A stretch of 63,890 bases of DNA, filler included, from Octopus bimaculoides (GCF_001194135.2; 9 parts of 8 records of this genome joined end to end with filler, not necessarily neighbours in it), one strand, 5' to 3'; positions 51,354-62,553 are shown, counted from the whole stretch's first letter. Translations and numbers: made by a program. Notes: generated from the letters alone by a model not told the origin.

Positions 51354-51717
51354 TTATTACCTCCGCCTTAGTGAAGGTAGAGGTATGGTTTTCAGTCGCA
51401 TTTGTTTGCTTGTTTGCTTGTCCGTGGATAAGATATCTCAAGATGGATCGAAATGACACTTTCAGGGATGTTTGGCCTCATGACTGGCACAAACTGATTA
51501 GAATTTGGGATTGATCGGGTACCAGACAAGGGTTCTGGATTATTTTACATGTTTTTTTCACTTAATTTTTGAGAGTGGTTGTGTTCATTTTTAGTATTCT
51601 CGTTTGTGAGTGCAGTCGAGTTTATTTCAGATATTCTCATTTTAAAAATCATCTCCAGCTAATCGTTGAGAAGACGTTGGTGTTGTCTTGGTGGAGTGCT
51701 CTCTGAGTGCTCTTGTT
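51354..51717 (+). mobile_element. Helentron-associated (HINE/DINE-1-like) non-autonomous element
   Basis: 5' hairpin ACCTCCGCC..GGTAGAGGT, (TTTG/GTCC)-like microsatellite, 3' GTCTTGGTGGAG complement, T-rich ends. Classification is an inference from architecture. Confidence 0.5.
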
Positions 51718-51747
51718 ATTATTATTACTATATATATATATATATAT

Positions 51748-51906
51748 CATCATCATCATCATCGTTTAACGTCCGCTTTCCATGCTAGCATGGGTTGGAC
51801 GATTTGACTGAGGACTGGTGAAACCGGATGGCAACACCAGGCTCCAGTCTGATTTGGCAGAGTTTCTACAGCTGGATGCCCTTCCTAACGCCAACCACTC
51901 AGAGAG
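51748..51906 (-). mobile_element. SINE-like family E 3' part (truncated by gap)
   Basis: Near-identical to 596-750. Confidence 0.85.
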
Positions 51907-52802
51907 NNNNNNNNNNNNNNNNNNNNNNNNNNNNNNNNNNNNNNNNNNNNTTAATTAATTAANNNNNNNNNNNNNNNNNNNNNNNNNNNNNNNNNNNNNN
52001 NNNNNNATATATATATATATATATATATATATATACTCTTTTACTTGTTTCAGTCATTTGACTGCGGCCATGCTGGAGTAAAATGGACCGATAGATTAAG
52101 TACCAGGCTTTACAAAAAAGATAAATAAATAAAAAATACTGGGATCTATTCATTCGACTAAAAATTATTCAAGACGGTGCTGCAGCATGGCCGCGGTCTA
52201 AGGACTGAAACGAGTAAAAGATAAAAGAGATAGAGAAAGAGAGAAAGAGAGAGGGGAGGAGAAACAGCGAAAGAGAGAGATAGAGAGGGGAGGAGAAACA
52301 GCGAAAGAGAGAGAAACAGCGAGAGAGAGAGAGAGAGGGAGTTGCGCACCCACACGCACACGTACCATCAAGCAGATTTATATACGCAAACAAGCACAGC
52401 GGGGATGCTTAGATTGCACCACAATATGTAACAAGGAACGTTTAATATACATCATATGATACACGACTAAAACGGCGCATAAATACAAGATGCATGCTGG
52501 GAATACTAAAGCGCAAAGTTAATATTGTGGGAGTACCGGATGTGATGCATAAGGATGTTGAACTACTCCTGTGTTCAGTGAGATTTACGTAAAGTTATCA
52601 CCAATCGCCTGACGAAACGAAGCCCGTGGAAACTTGATCCGTGAAGGAGCGTCGCATTTGAACTCTGCTTTCGAAATTTACCCACACCCGAAAACAAAGA
52701 CATATGCACACACAAGTACGAATGTGTGTGCGTATTTATTGAAAGAGTACGTAAACCTGGCCATATACATACATACATACATACATACATACATACATAA
52801 TG

Positions 52803-53238
52803 TAGGCATTCCGTCGCTTACGACGTCGAGGGTTCCACTTGATCCTATCAACGGAACAGCCTGCTCGTGAAATTAACGTGCAAGTGGCTGAGCACTCCAC
52901 AGACACGTGTACCCTTAATGTAGTTCTCTGAGATATTCAGCGNNNNNNNNNNNNNNNNNNNNNNNNNNNNNNNNNNNNNNNNNNNNNNNNNNNNNNNNNN
53001 NNNNNNNNNNNNNNNNNNNNNNNNNNNNNNNNNNNNNNNNNNNNNNNNNNNNNNNNNNNNNNNNNNNNNNNNNNNNNNNNNNNNNNNNNNNNNNNNNNNN
53101 NNNNNNNNNNNNNNNNNNNNNNNNNNNNNNNNNNNGGTGTTTTCGCTCAATAAACACTCACAACGCCCGGTCTGGGAATCGAAACCGCGATCCTATGACC
53201 GCGAGTCCGCTGCCCCAACCACGGGCCATTGCACCTCC
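52803..53238 (-). mobile_element. SINE family B spanning a gap
   Basis: Both flanks match 7567-7944. Confidence 0.85.
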
Positions 53239-53394
53239 ATACATACATACATACATACATGATGGCTGCCCCCTCGTTATCGAGTATGGCCATTGCACGA
53301 AGCTTAACTTAACGGTGCTGTGATCGAATGTGACTTTTTAGCCCAACCAAAGGTCTACAATGTCTTGCACAGAGTTGGCATCCAAAACCTTTAC

Positions 53395-53535
53395 TGTGTG
53401 GTAAGTAGCTTGCTTACCAACCACATGGTTCCGGGTTCAATCCCACTTCGTGGCAGTTTGGGCAAGTGTCTTCTACTATAGCCTCGGGCCGACCAAAGCC
53501 TTGTCTGTGGATTTGGTAGACGGAAACTGAAAGAA
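53395..53535 (+). mobile_element. SINE family A head/CORE-like part
   Basis: Matches 2570-2708. Confidence 0.88.
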
Positions 53536-53544
53536 GACACGTGT

Positions 53545-53761
53545 ACCTCTAACGTTGTTCTCAGGGAGACTCAGCGTGACACATAGCGTGACAAGGCCGG
53601 CCCTTTCAAATACAGGTACTACTCATTTTTGCCAGCTGAGTGGACTAGAGCAACATGAAATAAAGTGTCTTGCTCGAGGACGCAACGCGTCGCCGGGAAT
53701 CGAACTCACGACCTTACGATCACGAGCCGAATGCCCTAACCACTGAGCCACGCGCCTTCAC
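53545..53761 (-). mobile_element. SINE with family C head/CORE and family B-type 3' part
   Basis: Head matches 8973-9110. GACAAGGCCGGCCCTT and upstream sequence match 7700-7742. Confidence 0.75.
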
Positions 53762-55079
53762 CTTGAAATAATACTGAATAATGATACATACATACATACA
53801 TATAAATAGCTAGATACACACACATATATAGATCACCAGAATCACTACTTTCACTTTCACACTTGATTTTTGTTTTGCGCAGGCAAAGTTCTTGATGTGA
53901 GATCGTTTGTGGAAACAAACTCCGTTGTGTCTTGAGAGAATCGTTACGCCAGTAACAACAACGAACGCACAGGTTAAATTCCATTGTTAGCCTGTTGGTT
54001 AAATATTTAACCAAACTAATCGATCGTTTGTTTGAATGCGTTGGTTAAACAATCAATCCGTTGTTTGTGAGTGAAAAAATTTTTTCCCCCGCCGTCCCGA
54101 CTTTTCCAGTGACTTCGTGACTTCCCCTCTCGCTCAAGAGTNNNNNNNNNNNNNNNNNNNNNNNNNNNNNNNNNNNNNNNNNNNNNNNNNNNNNNNNNNN
54201 NNNNNNNNNNNNNNNNNNNNNNNNNNNNNNNNNNNNNNNNNNNNNNNNNNNNNNNNNNNNNNNNNNNNNNNNNNNNNNNNNNNNNNNNNNNNNNNNNNNN
54301 NNNNNNNNNNNNNNNNNNNNNNNNNNNNNNNNNNNNNNNNNNNNNNNNNNNNNNNNNNNNNNNNNNNNNNNNNNNNNNNNNNNCGTTCCTAAAGTCCATT
54401 AACGTTTCATTACCTCCTCGACCTCATTACTAGAATGAAATGTTAATAGCGGTGCGTTTATGAAGCGTTTCGTAGTCAGCAGCAAAGGATCATGAGATTA
54501 ATGTTGCAACTAATAAAAAGAAAATCGTTGTCTGACATAAAACGAGAAAAGTAAAAAGGAAATCCATTCTAGACAGTGCGTAGTGTGTGTTTGTGGATGT
54601 GTATGTGTGTCTGTGCGCGCGTGTGTGTGTGTGTGTGTGTGTTTGGGTGTAAGAGCGGGAGAGAAAAAGAAGAGAGAGAGAGAGAGAGAGACGGGGGGAG
54701 GGGATTGATTGATTGAATGAGAGTATTTTTTTTTTATGTTCAATGAATGAATGAGGTGAAGAGAAGGAAAAGAAGTATTTTTTTTGTTTTTGGTTTTTTT
54801 TTTTCCCTGTGAACGCCGTCTACGAACCGATGTAACCAGGTAACGACAACGTTCACAGGCAACTTGAATGAATGGAGTTTGCTTTATGAATGACAGTCGT
54901 CAAACGTGCTGCAAAGGACATAAAACATACATACGTACATATATATACATGCATACATACATATATACATGCATACGTACGTACGTACAGACAGACAGAC
55001 AGACAGACAGAGACATATACGGATGCGTATGTACGCAGTCACTTCTGGTAACTATAATACTTAAGACTAAAAAGTGGCA

Positions 55080-55533
55080 GGGGTGGTAGTGGTAGTGGTA
55101 GAAATAGTTGTAGTTGTAATTGGTGTTACTGTCGTTGTGGTGGTGGTGGTGGTAGTTATAGTAGTAGTGGTGGTGGTGGTGGTAGTAAAGGTGGTGGTGC
55201 TTTAGGTGGTAGTGGTGGTAATTACAGGTGTAGTCGTTGTGGTGATGGTAGTGGTGTTGACGGTAGTAGCAGCGGCAGCAGTAGTAGTAGTAGTAGTAAA
55301 TTTTAGTAGCAGTAGCAGTAGTAGTAGTAGTAGCAGCAGTAGTAGTAGTAGTAATAAATTTTAGTAGCAGTAGCAGTAGTAGTAGTAGCAGCAGCAGTAG
55401 TAGTAGTAGTAGCAGTAGTAGTAGTAGTAGTAGTAGTAGTAGCAGTAGTAGTAGTAGTAATAGATTTTAGTAGCAGCAGCAGTAGTAGTAGTAATAGCAG
55501 TAGTAGTAGTAGTAGTAGTAGCAGTAGTAGTAG
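55080..55533. repeat. (GTA/GCA/GTG)n trinucleotide tract with recurring AAATTTT interruptions
   Basis: Directly visible. Confidence 0.9.
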
Positions 55534-56844
55534 NNNNNNNNNNNNNNNNNNNNNNNNNNNNNNNNNNNNNNNNNNNNTTAATTAATTAANNNNNNNNNNN
55601 NNNNNNNNNNNNNNNNNNNNNNNNNNNNNNNNNAAAATTACTTGTATAAACTAAGTTAATATTATTACCAAAGTTTACTTCGATAATCATGCTCTATATT
55701 TGTTGATGCAAGGGTTTTCCAATAGATAAAATAAAATTTTGTGTGGTGCAGTATTTTATATGTAATAAAGCAGGGAGAAGAAAATATTTATATGTTTTGA
55801 ATTCATCTTACGATAGACGTAAACAAACGAACTAAGATTGCTTTCAGAATCTTAGATATGTCTAAGAAAGTTAAAGAAGACAATTAAAATTCTCAGACGC
55901 AGAATAATGCCACTAACATAGCCTAAACAGGATAAATAACTCCTATCTTTGCTGAAGAAAGTGAAGGCAACAAGTGAAAGAGATGGAGTTACGAAGGAGC
56001 AATAAAATCAAAGGAATAAAGTTATTGGAGCACAACGTATTGAACATAGTCGGAAGTAATGTTCATGTTAAGTTAAACTGAAAGTAATGTTTAAGTTCAC
56101 GTTTATAGACATGCTGGGTGTCCTAATTTGGGTTCAAAAGATAGAAAGTGTTCAGATAATATATATCAAGCGATACAAGCCAATCATACCTTTATACATA
56201 TAAAGGTATAATTAACTTGCATCGCTCGAATTATATGAATAACTAATAGATAAATAGGTAAGTTGTCTCTGTTATATAAATTTGTAGGGGTTATTTATAT
56301 GAAGAAAACACATGAGCTTGCCAATGTCTACATCTGTAAGCTCTTTCGATGAACGTTTTCACCAGTTTATTCTTCGAGAATAAAATGAAGAACAGTTCCG
56401 TATTACATAAGGGGCAAAATTTCTTACCTTTATCATATGGTATATACGTGGAGAGAATTAGCCAGTCTAAGTTAAATTGTATGTTGTTATCTTTAAGTCC
56501 CCAAATTAATTTGCCAAGACTCGTGGTGTTGCGTTTATTTCTATCCCTAAAAGAGGAATAATAGTTTGATATTCTTCTGGAAATTGTCGAAAATAAAAGA
56601 ATTCATTTAACATATGCGTATTACTCCATTTATTAAATTTTATATTTACTCAAATACCCAAAATAACAGGGAGTTTCTACCTCATAAACAGGAGTTACAC
56701 CACAGTCATTTTGTGATCTTTGCTACCCTGGTATCTATTAACCAATTTATTTTGTCGGAGTTAACTAAGAGAAAATAAATACATATAATAAAATATACTT
56801 AAAACAGGCCATTACATAACTTGCTAATATAATAGTTACCACAA

Positions 56845-57147
56845 ATGGAGTTATTTTACATCAACGCATCTCTTAAGGATATACTTATTCCACTAAGGAA
56901 TACATTCCTTAAACAACTTATTAGTAAGACAAACTCCTTTATCAACCGAGTGAGATGGCTAACCTTTTTCTTTGATAACAAGATTGATCAACAAAAACAC
57001 AAGGATTTAACTTCGGATTTTAAAAAAGTATTCAAATCCAAAAACAACCCACCACCAAACCCGAAATTGAAGCAGTTCGAAGAAGATCTTTGGACAATCG
57101 TGAAGAATGTTAAGTTTCACAAATCACCATCAAGAAATAGTCACTAA
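56845..57147 (+). pseudogene. PLE ORF N-terminus (truncated before RT)
   Basis: MELFYINASLKDILIP..FINRVRWLTFFF..FKSKNNPPPNPKLKQFEEDLW, similar to the N-terminus at 47350-47600 (-). Confidence 0.75.
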
Positions 57148-57535
57148 GGAAATTAATAGCATTGATGGCATACTAGTTAAGTCCGATAAATTTCCAGAAG
57201 AATATCAAACCATTATTCCTCTTTTGGGGATAGAAATAAACGCAACACCACGAGTCTTAGCAAATTAATTTGGGGACTTGAAGATAACAACATACAATTT
57301 AACTTAGACTGGCTAATTCTCTCCATATCTATACCATACGATAAAGGTAAGAAATGTTGCCCATTATGTAATACGGAACTGTTCTTCATTTTATTCTCGG
57401 AGAATAAACTGGTGAACACGTTCATCGAAAGAGCTTACAGATGTAAACATTGGCAAGCTCATGTGTTTTCTTCATATAAATAACCCCTACAAATTTATAT
57501 AACGGAGACGACTTACCTATTTATCAATTAGTTCC

Positions 57536-58628
57536 ACCGCTCCACCTCCCCCTCGAACTCGCTTCTGGCATCTCCTCTCAAAGTATGCTGGTAGCAGCCC
57601 ACTTTATTTTTCAACGTCGGGGACTCTCCCTTCCAGTACCACTCCACTGTCCACTTCTGGCCATCGACGGCAGCACGAAAATCCTGGTCTTCAATAGTGT
57701 GCGTGGCATAGTTATCTTCACGGTTCTCACCAATGCACGGTGTCGCCATACACGGTTTCCCTGCAACCCCGAATGTTACACCAGCCTCGTTGACAGTGAC
57801 ACGTCCTAAACGGGTGATTGCATCCATCCCCATCACCACGTCAACTACAATTGCTTGCAGTGACCAACTACAATTGCTTGCAGTGTCCAACTACAATTGC
57901 TTGCAGTGTCAGCTTTGTTCCCTGCACAGCAATCTGCACGTCTGTAATGCCTTCACAGTGTACCTCTCTTCCGTCGACTGTCCTCACACTGCTTTCTCCA
58001 CTCCACGTCTCTACCACTCCTGGAGTCATCAGGGTCGTCGTACAGCCCGTGTCCACAAGGGTTCGTGACATCTTCCCCTCCACCAAATGTCGACAACGGG
58101 TAGCAACAAACGCGCCTCTATTGATCTAAAGGGATGACCACTGGCGCAGTAGTCTCCCTTAAACCGTTTCTCTGCAGACATTCACTGGCTATATGTCCTG
58201 TTTCTCGACACCGGTAGCAAATGACCTCAGGCTTGGGTAACTTAACAAACGCTAACTTAACCGTCCAGTCCAGCGATTCTCCTTCGTACCCCGCCAGTTT
58301 AGCCAATCTCCTGAGTTCGTTGGCAAACACGTCGACCTGTTTGCCAGTCCACTTTGCTTTCCACAGGCGAGCGTATGCTTCAAACTTTCCTTCTGCAAAG
58401 GCCTCCATCAAGCGGATTTCTATTTTTTCAAAGCTAAGTTGGTCCCTCTCTTCCATTTCTAAGAATAGCGCCAACGCTGGACCATCTAGGTATAGCGGTA
58501 AAAAAACTTGCTAAGTCGTCTATCCCGTGGAGCTTCGCAACCAACTTCATCTTTTTTAACCACGCGACCACATCCGTGTCACCGCAAAACGGTTTAATCA
58601 CATCATTAGAAATACGGACTACACTCAT
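57536..58628 (-). pseudogene. Ty3/Gypsy gag-protease fragment
   Basis: Gag with CYRCRETGHIASEC knuckle and protease LVDTGCTTTL. A +1 T in a homopolymer near 58500 and a 3x23-bp tandem at 57842-57910 disrupt the frames. Confidence 0.88.
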
Positions 58629-58664
58629 AATTCTTTTTTTTTTTTGTTATGGGCTGAAATAGCT

Positions 58665-58951
58665 TGTGGTGTGATGGAGGAAAAAGACAACAAGAAGCAA
58701 AAGGGAGAAAGAAATACAGCGACCTTACCTTATCGACCGTGGCGGGATAAACGATCACTCTAGATCAAACCACGACTTCTACGCATGCCGTCTCTGCTCG
58801 AACTGACCACACGTGCTCACTGTCCACGCATCCGCCTCTGGCCACTTCCACAGGCCCCTCCGGTCTTCACTTCCGTTTGCTTCATCCATAATTCCTCTTC
58901 ACCAACACCACATAGTTCATCACAGCCCATAACACCACATGTAACACCACA
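58665..58951 (-). mobile_element. 5' LTR (287 bp) of the Gypsy element
   Basis: TGTGGTGT...ACACCACA termini. The outer edge coincides exactly with resumption of PLE sequence at 58952. Confidence 0.7.
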
Positions 58952-60109
58952 CCTTTGATTTTATTGCTCCTTCATAACTCCATCTCCTTCACTTTCTTCA
59001 GCAAAGATAGGAGTTATTTATCCTGTTTAGGCTATGTTAGTGGCATTATTCTGCGTCTGAGAATTTTAATTGTCTTCTTTAACTTTCTTAGACATATCTA
59101 AGATTCTGAAAGCAGTCTTAGTTCGTTTGTTTACGTCTATCGNNNNNNNNNNNNNNNNNNNNNNNNNNNNNNNNNNNNNNNNNNNNNNNNNNNNNNNNNN
59201 NNNNNNNNNNNNNNNNNNNNNNNNNNNNNNNNNNNNNNNNNNNNNNNNNNNNNNNNNNNNNNNNNNNNNNNNNNNNNNNNNNNNNNNNNNNNNNNNNNNN
59301 NNNNNNNNNNNNNNNNNNNNNNNNNNNNNNNNNNNNNNNNNNNNNNNNNNNNNNNNNNNNNNNNNNNNNNNNNNNNNNNNNNNNNNNNNNNNNNNNNNNN
59401 NNNNNNNNNNNNNNNNNNNNNNNNNNNNNNNNNNNNNNNNNNNNNNNNNNNNNNNNNNNNNNNNNNNNNNNNNNNNNNNNNNNNNNNNNNNNNNNNNNNN
59501 NNNNNNNNNNNNNNNNNNNNNNNNNNNNNNNNNNNNNNNNNNNNNNNNNNNNNNNNNNNNNNNNNNNNNNNNNNNNNNNNNNNNNNNNNNNNNNNNNNNN
59601 NNNNNNNNNNNNNNNNNNNNNNNNNNNNNNNNNNNNNNNNNNNNNNNNNNNNNNNNNNNNNNNNNNNNNNNNNNNNNNNNNNNNNNNNNNNNNNNNNNNN
59701 NNNNNNNNNNNNNNNNNNNNNNNNNNNNNNNNNNNNNNNNNNNNNNNNNNNNNNNNNNNNNNNNNNNNNNNNNNNNNNNNNNNNNNNNNNNNNNNNNNNN
59801 NNNNNNNNNNNNNNNNNNNNNNNNNNNNNNNNNNNNNNNNNNNNNNNNNNNNNNNNNNNNNNNNNNNNNNNNNNNNNNNNNNNNNNNNNNNNNNNNNNNN
59901 NNNNNNNNNNNNNNNNNNNNNNNNNNNNNNNNNNNNNNNNNNNNNNNNNNNNNNNNNNNNNNNNNNNNNNNNNNNNNNNNNNNNNNNNNNNNNNNNNNNN
60001 NNNNNNNNNNNNNNNNNNNNNNNNNNNNNNNNNNNNNNNNNNNNNNNNNNNNNNNNNNNNNNNNNNNNNNNNNNNNNNNNNNNNNNNNNNNNNNNNNNNN
60101 NNNNNNNNN

Positions 60110-60144
<35 letters not shown>

Positions 60145-60147
60145 AAT

Positions 60148-60637
60148 AAAAGAATGGGATAAAGAGACCAACGGCATAAGTAAATTTACATTTTATGTAG
60201 AATATCTTACAGCTGTTTCAGGGAAAATTCAATGTATCCCTTCATCGGAGATGGTAATAGTAGAAGATAAGGATTATTACATCTGTATGAGATTAGCAGT
60301 AAGAAATGAGAGCGATGCGCAGAAGAAAAACAATGAAGAAAAAGTACTTGGAGTATAGTTCCATTCCAACAGTAAATATCCATAAATATCCATGTATAGA
60401 ATCGGTGTGGGTATTTTCCAGTGGTAATTATAGTTGCATTGGTGGATATATATCATTTCGTATCCAGTTTACTCTGTGCGTTGTTTACTTAAAGGACAGT
60501 CCGAAGTGAGTGAAAGATGTGTGTAGGATAGTGAGGTCAAGGCATAAGACAGGAAGGAAGGAGGAAATATTTAAGGGAGACATTCTACATAAAATATAAA
60601 TTTACTTATGCCATTGGTCTCTTTATCTCATTCTTTT
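60148..60637. mobile_element. Short PLE-type remnant with 60-bp inverted ends
   Basis: 60148-60207 versus 60578-60637: 4 mismatches in 60 bp, flanked by (TA)n. Confidence 0.75.
60204..60252 (-). ncRNA. Minimal type I hammerhead ribozyme motif (U4C core variant)
   Basis: Stem I ATCT/AGAT, CCGATGA, stem II AGGGA/TCCCT, GAAA, palindromic ACAGCTGT, GUA site at 60208. Confidence 0.75.
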
Positions 60638-60811
60638 TTATATATACACACGCTAATACACGACCCATGTTATATTCCCCATTCATGTTGCAACCACATC
60701 AGGGGCAAAACTAGTCGGTATACAGCACTTACTCTGTATTACCTGTATCATTAGGGTCTGGTTGAGTCCATTACCCTTCATAACCTTTATATATATGTAT
60801 ATATATATATA

Positions 60812-61196
60812 GGCGTGCAGGAGTGGGTGTGTAGTAAGTAGCTTGCTTTCCAACCACATGGTTCCAGGTTCAGTCCCACTGCGTGGCACCTTGGGCAAGT
60901 GTCTACTACTATAACCTCGGACTGACCAAAGCTTTGTGAGTGGATTTGGTAGACAGAAACTGAAAGAAACCCATCATGTGTGTGTGTTCGTGTGTCTGTG
61001 TTTGTTCCCTCACTATCGCTTGACAACCAATGTTGGTGTGATTTTGACCCCGTAACTTGGCGGTTCAGCAAAAGAGACCGATAGAATAAGTACTAGGCTT
61101 ACAAAGAATAAGTCCTGGAGTCGATTTGTTCAACTAAGGGCAGTGCTCCAGCATGGCCGCAGTCAAATGGCTGAAACATGTAAAAGAGAGTAAAGA

Positions 61197-61198
<2 letters not shown>
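60812..61198 (+). mobile_element. SINE family A, full length, short spacer
   Basis: All modules collinear with 6687-7098. Confidence 0.9.
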
Positions 61199-61234
<36 letters not shown>

Positions 61235-61405
61235 ACATGTGTATGTATATATTCATCAGTGTATGTATTTATGTACATGTGTATGTATATATTCATCAGT
61301 GTATGTATTTATGTACATATGTATGTATATATGCGTCAGTGTATGTATTTATGTATGTGTGTATGTATGTATGTAATTATGTATATGGGTGTGTGCATAT
61401 ATGCA

Positions 61406-62553
61406 CAGGGGTTGGACAAAATAATGCAAACACCTTAAAATTTCAAACAAATTTATTTTAATATAGGGTAGGACCACCTTTGGTAGTAATTACAGCTTGA
61501 ATTCTATGACGTAAGGACTTGTACAAAGTTTGAATTGTTTCCAAAGGAATTTTTTTCCATTCTTCAGCTAAAACAGTCTCTGATTCTTGTAGTGATGATG
61601 GTGGAGGATATCGACTCTTTGCTTGTTTTTCCAAAATGCACCATAATGTACAATAATATTGAGATTTGGGGACTGTGGTGGCCAAATAAAATATTCAACT
61701 TCACTAGAAAGTTCTTTGTGCCATTCAGTAACAACTTTAGCTGTGTGAATTGGTACATTATCATCCTGAAAGATAGCATTTCCTGCCAGAAACAGTTCCG
61801 CAACCATAGGATAAATTTGATCAGATAAAATGCTTAAATAGTCTTGACTATTAATTCTGCCATGAAGAGAAACCATTGGGCTGGCGGATTTCCAAGATAT
61901 AGCCCCCCCCCCCCAGATTATCACAGATCCTCCTCCATCTTTAACAGTTGGAAGAAGGCAGTCTGGGTCAAATGCTTCTTTTGGCTGTCTCTACATGTAT
62001 ACTTAGCTGGTGGTCAGAAATAAGGTAAAGGATGACTCGTTCAAGAAAATAACATTCTTCCACTGCTCTAGAGACCAATTCTGCTGTTTGTTTTTAAAAG
62101 TAGTAGTTTTTCTCATGGTGGTCTTTAAGCTATGCAGTAATTTTGGGAGCTGTACTTCCGTGATCCTTTCTAACAATTTGTGTAAGTTTTGGTTTTCTTC
62201 CAGAGTTTTGTTTTGATGAGGAGGTTTTTCCCTCTTTCTCAAAGGCTGTCTTTACTTTCGAGACAATACTTCTTGATACACCAAACATTTCGGTTGTTTT
62301 TTTCACACTAGCGCCTGCCATACAAGCACCAAAAATTTGACCACTTTGAAAGTCCAATAGATCTGTCATTTTAATGAATTTTACCTTTTTCTGATGATAT
62401 CTGAAAAGAAACAGCAATTTCAGCAAAATATATCAAGCAACACTAATAATAAATCATAAAACAAAAAATCAACAAGCTTTTGAAGGTTTTATAGATATTT
62501 CAAAATTATGATGCTATGATGCTAGATGTTCCCATTATTTTATCTAACCCTTG
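61406..62553 (-). mobile_element. Tc1-like DNA transposon (DD36E family), both TIRs present, transposase disrupted
   Basis: TIRs CAGGGGTTGGACAAAATAATGCAAACACCT / CAAGGGTTAGATAAAATAATGGGAACATCT. Encodes MTDLLDFQSGQ.., NESSF, GGGSV, FQDDNVPIH..WPPQSPNLNII. Confidence 0.92.

Larger units (their letters stand above)
55811..59142 (+). mobile_element. Internally deleted Penelope-like element with an upstream inverted pseudo-LTR copy
   Basis: 55811-56590 is an inverted copy of 57183-57535 plus 58952-59142. 57200-57480 encodes SRRISNHYSSF..CCPLCNTE..CKHW, a GIY-YIG C-terminus. Confidence 0.85.

Noticed and set aside
52600-52660. CTGACGA...GAAAC hammerhead-like motif
   Set aside because: Stems I and III do not pair. 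Similar weak cases at 18242 and 51275 were also dropped.
10634-55589. TTAATTAATTAA repeated 8 times, suggesting a regularly placed motif
   Set aside because: Always centred in 44N+12+44N gaps and encodes stops in all six frames, so it is an artificial scaffolding linker.
5327-60177. Long ORFs in the six-frame track (up to 449 aa)
   Set aside because: They run through N gaps or translate (CA)n, (TA)n and (TAGA)n microsatellites into HT, CV, YI and YLSI repeats.
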